Below, piece after piece: positions 1-11,399 of a stretch of DNA of 64,000 bases (positions within the stretch are counted from its first letter, which is position 1; each line of letters begins with the position of its first letter). Under the pieces are notes generated by a model. That model was not told the DNA's origin and made no database searches. It saw only the letters and a program-made list of their open reading frames with translations. The DNA comes from Leucoraja erinacea (Eukaryota). The stretch spans positions 20,336,001-20,400,000 of the forward strand of contig NC_073399.1 of assembly GCF_028641065.1 (NCBI RefSeq), read 5' to 3'. The position numbers were made by a program, and so were the translations under genes.

Positions 1-2220
1 CCGAACCTCACATCCAACCTTTGGATACAATTTTCCCCATCTCGCAATGAATCCCAGGGACTATCATCTTGTTTAACGAGTCTGGCACCTGGGTTCCTAT
101 CACAATTTTACAGCCATGCAGCACAGAAACAAGTTCATCCACTCAAGCAGTGATTCATCAGTGTGAAAATAAATGTCTTCATCTCCCTCAAAACCTTTTA
201 CCCCATAAATCTGTCCACCAGCTATTTACTCTCTTGGAAAAGTTTTCTATTATTCCAAAGAAACGGAAACTGCAGGTGCTGGTTCACAAAAAGAAGCACA
301 GTACTAGAGTAACTGAGCGGGTTAGGCAGCATCTGTGGAGAACATGGATAGGTGAGGTCTTGGTTCGGACGCTTCTTCAGACTTCATTTTTCCATGTTCT
401 CCAGCGATGCCGCCTGACCCGCTTAGTTGCTCCAGTATTTTTCCTACTATGTTACCTATCCTGCTCCTCATAATTCTGTATATCTCAGTCAGGTTCCCCC
501 TCAGCCACCTCCGCTCCAAGAAAAACAGACCCAGCCTATCCAGTCTCTCTTCATAGCTGATATACCCCATCCCAGACAACATCCTGGTCATTCTCCTCCG
601 CACCCTCTCCAGTGCAGTTAACTTGCTTTCTCTGGATCTTTTCCTTTAACCTCCCTACAACTCATGTCGGGCACACCAGCCTTTAATTGATTGGTCAGTA
701 AATTCCTGAAGTGCTTCGTAAATAAATATACATTTTTCCAATACTATATCTCACCAGACCCAGGAGACGTGTCCATCTTTATGTGCACCAAGACATCTAA
801 CCCAATTATTTTTAAAGATCACGTTCTACATTATCTCTGTTCTCTAATTTTCCAGCCACAATGTCCTTCCCCTCGGTGAACACTGATGAAAAGTATACAC
901 CCAAGACCCCGAGGGGCAGCTTTTTCCACTCGGAGCGTGGTGGGAATATGGATTGAGCTACCAGAGGAGCTAGTTGAGGCAGGCACTCTAACAGCATCTA
1001 AAAGACACTTGGACAGGAACACGAACAGGAGATGTTTGGGGGGGGGAGGGGGGGTATGGGCCAAATACAGGCACATGGGGGTAGCTTAGGCGGGGTATCT
1101 TGGTCGGCATGCACAAATTTGGACGAAGGGCCCCTTTCAGCCATGATCATATTTTCCGTTCTACCGTGAACTCCATGACTCTACCATACATCCCATAATC
1201 TGACTACACACACAGATGGCCCTTTCAGCCCTAATGAATCACTCTTGTTCATATTAAGAGCATATTGCTTTGGCATTGTCCTTAATCTTGTCCTGCATTG
1301 ATAGTTCATAGTCAGTCCTTTGCCTTCCTAATTTCTTCAAGACAACCCCGCCGCCTCCAAACACTTTCTATGGTTCCGGAGGACCTCGCTCGCTTTCAAT
1401 TCTCAATACCTCCACGCTTCCTGTCAGGAGGTCTCAGCCTTTCTCATTCATTAGTTCATAGTCCAGTCTTGCATGCCAGAGTGTCGTGCCTTCTTCAAAC
1501 CTGCTGGTGAAGCCACCAAGTAGATTAGCGCCGCCCGTTGAACGTGGACCTAGGTTTTTCAAGGTTAGGGTTGAATTATTCGCCTATTTTCGTACTCGGG
1601 ACAAAGGGTCCTATTAACTCACTCCTCGGGAATTGTTATTGACGCTAATTATTGAAGATGAAGCTCATTCCTTGAAGACGACATCTCCCTTCTGCTTCAC
1701 CCCTCAGAAGAAGGTATCTTGTTCTTTCTCTAGGTGTCTCAATCACGGTCCCCCGTCTATGAAAGCAGGACGTTGTTCAGGTTTGTCGCTGGTGGGATTG
1801 TCCACGAAGGTCGATGTTTCAGGTTTCAGAATTTTTCTTGCGGACAGCACATTGAGTGTGCAGCGACTGGCCAGTGCACTGTCATACCGTGAAGAACAAT
1901 GGGGACCCGGTGTGGGGGAGGGGACACTTTAGTTTAGAATTCTCTGCCCAGGGAAAAGCCTGCGCTTGTTTGTTTGTTTGTCCCGGTGAAGGCTCTGTGC
2001 ACTCGGCAGCCAGCCAACAGTCGCCTGGCTTTTTCTTTTGTTTTCACTTTTAATTTCAAGTTGTGGTGAACCTTATGCGTTGTGAATGTCGGCAGACCAA
2101 TTTCCCTCCGGCGATGAATACAGTTTTATCATATCGTACCGTCTATCCGCTATCACGCGGACCTGGTGGACCCATCCATGGGAAAGAGGTCCAACATATA
2201 AATGCTCACACATTGGGCAG

Positions 2221-5200
2221 CTCCTCCCCCCCCCCCCCCCCCCCCTCCCCCCCCCCCCCCCCCCCCCCCCCCGAACCGGAGGCACTGAAACGGACGAGAC
2301 GCCGAACACTTCTGCCCGACAGAGTCCTTGACGCACTGGGAAGAACATACAGGAACCCGCAACTGCGGGCGCCCGCGATGAGGAGGCTAGGCCACCCGAA
2401 CCAGCTCGCTCGTCCAAATTGGCCGGCTTAAGGCGCACCACGGACACAGTTTTTGAGGGCCCCCCATGTTCAGTACAAATGTCGCTGTCCCGTGCTGCAG
2501 CACCCGAAAGGGACTTTCATAGGGTCGGTGCAAGGGCAACCGGTGGGCATCGCGGCACAGTAAGTCAAAAGGGCAGTGCGCCAGTGGTACATGGAAAAGG
2601 GCCATGCCATGCCAAGAAGTCGGGATGGGAGACAGGGCACCGACCCTCTCCCACAAGTGCAGCAGCACCGAGGACGACGGTTCCCCGGCCTCCGCGTAAA
2701 ACGATCTACCACTGTCAGTAGATGCGACACAACGTGGGATGGCGGCAGCGGCCCCACAATGTTCACATGCACATGATCGAACCGCCGGTGTGGCACCAAG
2801 AAATCTTGTATCGGTGCATGGCCGTGCCGAAGTATCTTGGACGACTGGCATGGGATGCACGCCTGTGCCCAGCGACAGTGCCAGATGAGCCTTGCTGCCA
2901 CCATGGCAACCGTCGCCCAAACGACGTGTGGGCCAGACCGTGGATCACCTCAAAAACACGACGGCGCCAGGCCCAGGCCGCCGGGATAACCGGCCGCGGC
3001 TGCCCCATGGACACGTCGCATAAAACGGAACCACCCGAGGGACGCATGGCACATCTTCCAGCACCAAATCGGTGATCGCGGTGCGGTAACCTGGCATTCC
3101 CTTGTCCGTCAGCTGCGCCGCCGCCAAGGCGGAGTAGTCTATCCCGACGGCCGGGTTGAGTAGTTGCGATCTCCGAGCGGGACAAGGCGTCCGTCACCAG
3201 GTTGCATTTACCGGCGATGTGCCGGACGTCGGTAGTGTATTCCGATATGGCTGTTAGCTGGCGCTGCTGGCGGGCGGACCAAGGATCCTAGATATTCGCG
3301 AACGAGATGTAAGGGGCTTATGGTCCGTGAAGGCCACGAAGTGCCGGCCCTCCAAGAAGTACCTGAAATGTTGCACCGCGAGATGCAAGGCGAGCAACTC
3401 CCGGTCAAAGGCATTGTAGCGACACTCCACTGGGTTCAGCTGTCGGCTGAAGAAGGCGAGAGGCCGCCATTGACCGTCGAAGCACTGCTCCAGGACCCCA
3501 CTGACCACGGAGTCCGAGGCATCCATGGTAAGAGCTATGGGGGCCTCAGTTCACGGGTGCCCCAGCATAACCGCCCGAGCCAGGGCATCGCTTGCCCCTT
3601 TGAACGCTACCACATCGACGATTTCAACAGAATGCTATATGGCAAGCATAGATCTCCAAGATGCACATTATTCTGTTGCGGTGCATGTGCAACATCGCAG
3701 ATATTTGAAATTTGTCTGGATGTCTCAAATGTGGCAGTTTAAAGCATTACTAAATGGATTGACGTCCAGGCCTAGATTGTTTACAAAACTGTTGAAGTCA
3801 ATTTTAGCATTGTTAAGAGCTCAAGGCCATTTTATAATGGCTTATTTGGATGACATTTTAATTGTGGGAGATACTGAAGCCATGGCAACAGCTTCAGATG
3901 TCCAAATGTGGCAGTTTTTTTAAAATGGATTGACGTCCAGGCCTAGATTGTTTACAAAACTGTTGAAGTCAATTTTAGCATTGTTAAGAGCTCAAGGCCA
4001 TTTTATAATGGCTTATTTGGATGACATTTTAATTGTGGGAGATACTGAAGCCATGGCAACAGCTTCAGTTTTAAAAGTAAAGCTCACATTTCAAAGAATG
4101 GGATTTGTCATTCATTCAGAGAAATCCAGACTGATACCTAACAAAATAATTAATTACTTGGGGTTCACTATTAATTCACACCATATGACAGTGAGCTTAC
4201 CCGAGGAAAAGAAGTTGCAATTGATTGAGGGTTGTAAGGGACTAATTGCAGGCAAACAACCATCAATCAGTCAAGTGGCTAGTTTGCTGGGCAAGTTAAT
4301 TGCTTCGTTTCCAGCTGTCCAGCTGGGGCCACTACACTATCAGCAATTGCAGAGAGCTAAAATTGCAGCATTAAAAAGACATGCTGGACATTTTGATAGA
4401 CCTATGCAATTACCGAGCACAGCAATTGAGGATATAAAATGGTGGATTAAAAATGTGGCTTGTTCCTACAGGAAAATAATGATTGAATCACCAGCTACCA
4501 TTTTACAAACAGATGCAAGTGCACTGGGATGGGGAGCTGCGGATGCCAACTCAAGCAGTGGAGATAGATGGAATGCAGAGGAAGAACCTTTGCTCGAGAC
4601 ACATTGCATTAATTATCTTGAACTGCATGTACAGGTTCAAATTGACAACACTACGGCAGTGGCATATGTCAATCACATGGGTGGAATCAAGTCAGAGGCA
4701 TGTGACAGATTGGCAAATAGTGTTTTATGGGAGCCAGATCCAGGTGTGACAAGGGGTAGATGCGTTTACGTTAAATTGGGGTGGAATGTTTTTGTATGCA
4801 TTTCCTCCCTTTTGTCTGATCAGTAGGTGTCAAACAGAAGATCAAACAAGATTATGCTTCACGATTGTTGGTGGTTCCAGATGGCCCACACAAATATGGT
4901 ATCCATTGGTGTTAAAAATGGTGACTGAACCCATTATGAATGTCTTTAGACAAGAACACCTACTTGTGCACCCTGTAACTGGTGAATTTCATCCTTTACA
5001 TGATCATATTGATTTGCAGATTCTAAAAAGACCATATGTTGGAAGAAGACTATCAGATCACTCTATGGATGCAATTACAGGATCATGCAGGGATAGTACA
5101 TTACATTAAGAAATGGGAACAGTTTGATCAACACAAAATATTTCTTACGACACTGCAGACACTTCAGATGTTATAGAATTTGTGTCAAAATTACATTTTG

Positions 5201-6860
5201 ATGATAACTTAAGCTATAATACGATCAATACAGCAAGGAGTGCTTTGCCGGCATATTTATCAAGACCATCGGAACGTGAAGTTCTAGGATCACACCCTTT
5301 GATTTGTAGATACACGAAAGGCATCTTTAATGCTAAACCTCCCAGACCGAGATATACGGAAATCTGGAATGTGAGGGATATACTATCGCTACTTAGGGAC
5401 TGGGATCCCATCTCAAATTTGTCGTTAGACAAAATTATGATGAAAGTAGTCATGTTAATGGCTTTAGTCTCAGCCCAAAGAGTACAAACATTACACAAGT
5501 TAAGGATAGACAGAATGGGAATGAAATCAGAGGAAATTACATTCATTCTATGACCTGCTAAAACAGAGCAGACCAGGAGTCTCGGGGTGTAAATTGATTT
5601 TCAGCATATCCTGCAGATCAAAGACTTTGTGTAGTTGCATATATAAAATACTACATTGAAACTACCAAACATCTGAGAGGTGTAGAATCTGGATTATTCA
5701 TCAGCCATTAAAAGCCACACAAAAAAAGTGACAACACAAACAATTGCAAGATGGCTGAAGAAGGTGCTATTGGATGCAGGAATTGATACTGACAAATTTA
5801 AATCTCATTCCACAAGGGCAGCGGCAATATCGGCGGCCAAGGATTTGGACGTGCCAATAGACCATATCCTCATGGCCGCAGGATGGGCAAGTGAAAGGAT
5901 GTTTCACAAGTATTCTCACAAAGAAATTGCAGACCGTGGTGTATTTGATGGTACTAGTTTGAATTCAGTATTAGATGTCCCTAGTGATTAAAATAGGACA
6001 CATAATGTTTATCATAATATAAACCATTAATTAATTAAACATGTGTGATGGTTTTGCATGTTATTGACTGTGTTCACTCATAGAGTCAAGCAAAATGCAG
6101 TGATACGCTGCCTGCCAATCACAGAAACTTTAAAATCTTCACGTAGTCACTCACGTGACTCTGAAGTAAAATAGTAAGATTAAACGTGAACTTACCAGTT
6201 TGAAGTTTTATCTTTATTTTATGAGGAGTTACGTCGAGGGACTACGTGCCCTCCGCTCCCACCCTAATAAGATCAAAGGTAAGTTACTTAGCTTACTATT
6301 ATGCTTCGGAGTATATCATCTGTGATTTCATACAGCTGCTTTGATGTTTGACGTGCATGCTCCTGGACGGCCTTCTTCACTAGTCCCTCGACGTAACTCC
6401 TCACAAAATAAAGATCAAACTTCAAACTGGTAAGTTCTCGTTTAATCTTACTATTCTACCTGACGGAACCATACCCCCTGCTGCAAGGTCCAAAAGGTAG
6501 GCAGCTTCAGGGATACCGCTTTGAGCTCAGTGTTGTAGGCGGCTGCGGCGGGTTGAGCACTGTACATTTTTCCGTGAACTTTGTCCAGGATTCCACTCCT
6601 GGTCGTCGGCGTCACCAGTGTAGCGGGGACTCGCAGGAGTCCAGATAAGAATGAGGCGAAAACAAAGTTATGAGAACGAAATGTGTTTTTATTACTTACC
6701 GTGCTGCTTCCAACTTCAACCCTGTGACCGGGCGTTACCCAACCTTAAATACCCCGGGTCAGACCCCATGACCAAACGCCTCCCACTCCGGGACGCTGAA
6801 CTCCTCCTTCCTGAGCAGAGGGTTCGCTGTGCCCATGGTTATCCACCAGGTGCCGCCACA
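2221..6860 (-). mobile_element. Ty3/gypsy LTR retrotransposon A (decayed; split by DIRS insertion and internal deletion)
   Basis: Reading right to left: LTR 6619-6860 with TG...CA ends; PBS TGGTGACGCCGAC (~6605-6617); gag start MYSAQPAAAAYNTELKAVSLKLPTFWTLQQGVWFRQVE (6567-6454); then, beyond the DIRS, RNase H (DASD...WRPLAFFSRQL...YNAFDRELLA...FTDHKPL, ORF 3254-3526), integrase remnants (HVHVNIVGPLP..LLTVVDRFTR; LHRPYESPF) and a G-rich PPT at ~2221-2272. Confidence 0.88.
3618..6455 (+). mobile_element. DIRS1-like tyrosine-recombinase retrotransposon (5'-truncated, frameshifted)
   Basis: RT (SIDLQDAHY...AYLDD...YLGF), RNase H (LQTDASALGWG...INYLEL...IDNTTAVAYVNHMGG), methyltransferase motif (DAF..W...LYAFPPF), tyrosine recombinase (LMALVSAQRVQTL...TIARWLK...FKSHSTRAAA...AAGW...FHKY). 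A 75-bp inverted repeat at 6170-6244/6381-6455 fits the DIRS1 ICR/terminal repeat layout. Confidence 0.92.
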
Positions 6861-7115
6861 ACGTCATCTATTCCTTCACTCCATAGATGCTGCCTCACCC
6901 GCTGAATTTATCCGGCATTTTTGTCTACCTTTGATTTTTCCAGCATCTGCAGTTCTTTCTTAAACATCTCAAATGAACATCGGTCAACGAACTGCATTTG
7001 GAAAATACACCAGACATTCACGTGAAACATAGAACAATACAGCACACCAACTGGCCCTTCGACCCACAATGTCCATGCCAAACTACATTAATCTCCTTTG
7101 TCACCAGGTTACCCA

Positions 7116-10100
7116 TCTATATATAACTAAAAGTCTCATCTTGACCACTTCCTGTCTGCGCTGTATATTGATTTTAGAAAAAACGCTACCCTATATCGCT
7201 ATGATCTTTGGCCATCTTACTCACAGTCCTCCTCCGCTGAGGCAGCCCCGAGGATTTTTCTGTTTGATGAAAATAAAAGTTATGAGTGTTTAAAAAATCT
7301 TGAGATCAGCTGATTGGTCCTCTCACCTGTCAATCACCACGATGAAGGTAATGCCCCTTCCATATAAAACCCTGAATGCCTGGACGCGAGTCACTCTGGA
7401 AGATTGCAAGGCAGAGACCACGACTGTCATTCTAAGCTGTGAATCAACTGAACTGTGAGTCTGCAATGCACTTGCAATAAATTATTTGTCATCCCTTAAT
7501 GACAATGCAATGAGGTCCAGCTGTGTTTGGAAGGAATAAATGTTTTGTTAGGTCCAACTGTGTTTGGAAGGAATATATGCTTTATTAGGTCCGACTGTTT
7601 TTGGAAGGAATAAATGCTTTATTAGTTCAGACTGTATTTAGCCCGAAGGTCCCGCTCATTCCTTGACTTCCGCGTAGTGGACAGGTCGCGCTGATTGCGT
7701 CATTTTCGGTGAATGCAGAGGTCATGCTGATTGCGTAATTTGTGGTAAGTGCAGCGGTCACACTGATTGCGGAAGTGCTGCTGACTGTGGAAGCCCCACA
7801 GTGGAGAGGCAGCACTCAGCCATGTGAGTAAATTCAAGAAAGTTTACTGTCATATATATGGTGTGTGTGTGTGTGTGTTAGATTTACTGGCCTGCACTCT
7901 GCTTGAGGCGCTGTGAAATTGGATTTGCTGGCCTGCACTCTCCTTGAAATTGGATTGGATGGCCTGCACTCTGCTGGAAATGCTGTGAAATTGGATTTGC
8001 TGGCCTGCACTTTGCTTGAAATGCTGTGAAATTGGATTTGCTGGCTTGCACTCTGCTTGAAATGCTGTGAGATTGGATTTGCTGGCCTGCACTCTGCTTG
8101 AAATGCTGTGAAATTGGATTTGCTGGCCTGCACTCTGCTTGAAATGCTGTGAAATTGGATTTGCTGGTCTGCACTCTGCTTGAAATGCTGTGAAATTGGA
8201 TTTGCTGGCCTACACTCTGCTTGAATTGCTGTGAAATTGAAAGTGAGTCAGTCAGTGAGTCCACAAGCTGTGGACTCAGTCAGTCCAGAGGCCATGAGTG
8301 CGTCAGTCAGTCCAGAGGCCATGAGTTAGTCCAGAGGCCGTGAGTCAGTGAGTGAGTCCAGAGGCCATGAGTAGGTCGCTCAATGCCCCCCCCCCCCACC
8401 TGAAGGCGCTGCCCTCCGTCCGGCTGTAGGACGCTCCCCTTCCGGCCCCCTACTGACGCCGCCCCCATCCCCGCTGCAGAACACCCCCCTTCCTCATCAG
8501 CCCACGACAGTCCCCACCTGAAGCCGTCCCCCTCCATCGGCTGCAGGATATATGGTCAAGCAAGCACGTAAAGGGACTTCGAGAAGCAGCCAGAATCAGA
8601 AAGGAACAAGAGACACAAGAAGAAATATCTTAACGTCTCGCAGATGACCGGGAAAGACTAAGAAGAAAGCATCAAGAGGTGCAACCAAAAAGAACTGAAC
8701 GTTTTGAGGATCAACGAGAAAGAACTCAAAGCACAAGGGATGAAGAGATGCCACGAAGAAGAAGTGAGCATCTCGATCGACAAGAAAGAACACAAAGAAG
8801 GGATGAAGAGACACAACCAAAAAGAACTGAATGTATCAATGGTCAACAAGAAAGACCACGAAGCAGTAGGGATGAAGACACACCACAAAGACAAAGTGAG
8901 CGTCTCGAGGAACAATGAGAAAGATCGCAAAGAAGAAGGGTTCAAGAGACAGGAGATGAAAAATCAAAAATACTTATTTTGTGTGGCGTGCACAGTCTAA
9001 AGTTGTTGCACAACTTGTTCTATTTGATCTTCCGTTTGTGCACGTCGAGTTGATTGCTTGTCGAAACAGGGCGGACCACGTGAAGTTTGCAATATTCCAC
9101 CCCAGTAAAAGACTAGCTGACAGCAGGCCAGAGATACAAGACAAAATGCACAACTGGGAAGGGGAAATCTTTTTGCTGATGCATTAAAAGACAATGATAA
9201 TTTGGAAAACATCGGAAAGCGCATCATCTTCTCCTCGACATTTGTCGGTGGACCAAGATACATGATGAAACGATGCCAGGACACCATGATGTACGTTCGG
9301 AAGTATGGCAATGCTTCATTCTTCATTACGTTGACTTGGAATCCAAACTGGAGTGACATCCGACAGTCCCTCTTTCACAATCAGCAGCCGTGTGATAGAC
9401 CAGACTTGATTGCAAGAGTATTCGATCTGAAAAGGAAGCTATTCATCAAGTACATCACTGGACCAAATGGGCTCTTTGGCAACTGTATAGCTTTTGTCTC
9501 CACTGTGGAATATCAGAAGAGAGGCCTGCCTAAATTGCACTGTCTGCTGTGGCTTGACAAAACAACTAAGCCATAACCAAATGATGTTGACACATTTGTG
9601 TAAGCTGAAATACCAGACCCGCAAGTAGATCCTGAGCTGCATAAATTGGTACTCAAGCACCTGATTCATGGACCATTCTGCAACCACACCTCTCCATGTT
9701 GGAAGAAAGGAACATGCAGTAAGAGATCCCCAAAGCCATTTATAGCGAGTACAAGGTGTGCACATAATTCATATGCTCTATACAGGAGAAGATCTCCAGA
9801 CCTGGGAGGCATTCGGGGACATCAAGAGGAACGCATACATCAACCTATCATTTCTGATTGGGTGGTGCCCTATAATGTTCAACTATTGAAGATGTTCAAA
9901 TGTCACATCAATGTAGAGATATGCTCCTCTATAAAATCAGTCAAATACGTCATCAAGTACACCATGAAGGGAAGTGATCAAGCATCTTTTAAAGTTAATA
10001 GGGATGACGAAATTTCACAGTACTTGACTGGCAGATACATTGGTCCATCAGAAGCAGTGGCATTAATCCTGGGATTTCCGACTCATGAGAGACACCCTGT

Positions 10101-10537
10101 TGTCTTTCGACTCCAGGTACATCTACCAGAACAACGAGTTTTTATCAGACCCGATGCTGCTGAACAAGGGACCAATGATGCTATGACAAGAACGACTTTA
10201 ACTGAATTCATGGCATTGTGTTCTCAAGAGCCATTTCCAAGAACACTCTGCAACTCTGACGTTCCCCGCTTTTACACATGGAACAATAAGAGACGGCAAA
10301 GAAGGAAGGTTGGCAAGAGAGTGCAAGATCATCCAGGTACTTTTGAATCCAACGTCCTGGGACAAGTGTATACCATGTCTCCAAAATGTGGTGACCTTTA
10401 CAGCTTCAGACTGCTTCTCCATCACATAAAAGGTCAGTATCCTTTGATTCATTGAAGCCACATGATGGAGAAATTCATCCTTCCTTCAAAGACGTCTGCA
10501 GATGTAGAGGTTTGTTGCGGACTGACGACCTCAACCT
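7116..10537 (+). mobile_element. Helitron (Rep remnant; helicase and 3' end missing)
   Basis: Candidate 5' terminus A|TCTATATATAACTAAAAG. Rep pseudo-ORFs 9202-9576 and 9646-10455 carry SSTFVGGPRYM, FITLTWNPNW, DRPDLIARVF, VEYQKRGLPKLHCLLW, WVVPYN, HINVEICSSIKSVKYVIKYTMKGSD and YLTGRYIGPSEA. Charged N-terminal repeats lie at ~8570-8960. The HUH motif has lost its first His, and there are in-frame stops. Confidence 0.9.
7880..8240. repeat. 41-bp minisatellite inside the Helitron
   Basis: Unit TGCTGTGAAATTGGATTTGCTGGCCTGCACTCTGCTTGAAA with starts at 7981, 8022, 8063, 8104 and onward; about 8-9 copies, preceded by (TG)n. Confidence 0.95.
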
Positions 10538-10602
10538 TGCTTAGATTAAATTCCATCTGCCATTTCTCTGCCCATTTCCCTAGCTGATCTATGATCCTGT
10601 TA

Positions 10603-11320
10603 TATATACAATACAATAATACTTTATTAGCCAAGTATGTTTTGCAACATACGAGGCATTTAATTTGTCAAATAAAAAGCAACAGAAGGCGCAAATTACA
10701 TTTTACCATAAACGTCCACCACAGTGACTCCTCCACATTCCTCACTGTGATGGAAGGCGAAATAAAATTAAATCTCTTCCCTTCTTTGTTCTCCCGCGGT
10801 CGAGGGCCTTGAGCCTTCCGTTGACGGGGCGATCTTACTCCTGTAGCCGACATTCCTGCCCTCCGTGTTGGGGCAATTAAGCTCCTGCACCGGGGGGAAT
10901 CTCAGCTCCCCCGCGCCAGCGATCGGACAAGTGGGAGGGGGCTTGTCAAACCTTCTGCGTCGTTGGAGCTCCTGACATCGACGGTCTCTACCTGGGACTG
11001 CGAGCTCTCGATGGTAAAGTCCGCAGGCCGCGGTTGGAGCGATCCAAGGCAAGGGATTGACTCCGATGGTATGTTCACACCGCCGCGGTGGGGCCCAAAG
11101 TTAGTTCCGATCAAGGCCTCCAGCTCCACGATGTTAGGCCGCAGAGCGACTGGAGGTACGACCCGGAAAACAATCTCCGGCAGGGTAAGAAATTGAAAAA
11201 AAATATCCCCGACCCCCTCCCCTCCCCCACATGAAACAAACCAGCAAACATTTACACGTACTTTTAAAACACTAAAAATAACAAAAAAAAGTCGAAAAAA
11301 CAGATTGTTGATGAGGCTTC
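10603..11320 (-). mobile_element. Non-autonomous retroposon (GC-rich body, 3' stem-loop, LINE-type tail)
   Basis: On the minus strand it ends ...CTTGGCTAATAAAGTATTATTGTATTGTATA, with a hairpin at 10715-10754. No credible ORF. Confidence 0.55.
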
Positions 11321-11399
11321 TCCCCTGCCTATCTTACAGGTCATGGTGATTTGTCCACAATGCTGTTCTAGAGCCTCAAGACCACCTCCTTTTTGATCT

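Noticed and set aside
2150-2220. Possible 3' LTR of gypsy A
   Set aside because: It has only short similarity to the 6619-6860 LTR and in the wrong orientation, so it cannot be supported as the partner LTR.
2063-2447. Poly-Pro/poly-Gly ORFs and long C/G homopolymers (also ~43246, ~46875, ~49679, ~56015)
   Set aside because: They are translations of homopolymer tracts (here an expanded PPT). Run lengths may be sequencing-inflated.
4786-5991. Phage-like integrase plus methyltransferase suggesting a prophage or bacterial contamination
   Set aside because: They are colinear with RT/RNase H and the ICR-type repeat, the standard DIRS1 layout, and are flanked by vertebrate repeats.
7834-8264. Regularly spaced 41-bp repeats (CRISPR-like look) and repetitive ORFs over them
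   Set aside because: The units are head-to-tail with no unique spacers and the context is eukaryotic. The ORFs are read-through of a minisatellite.
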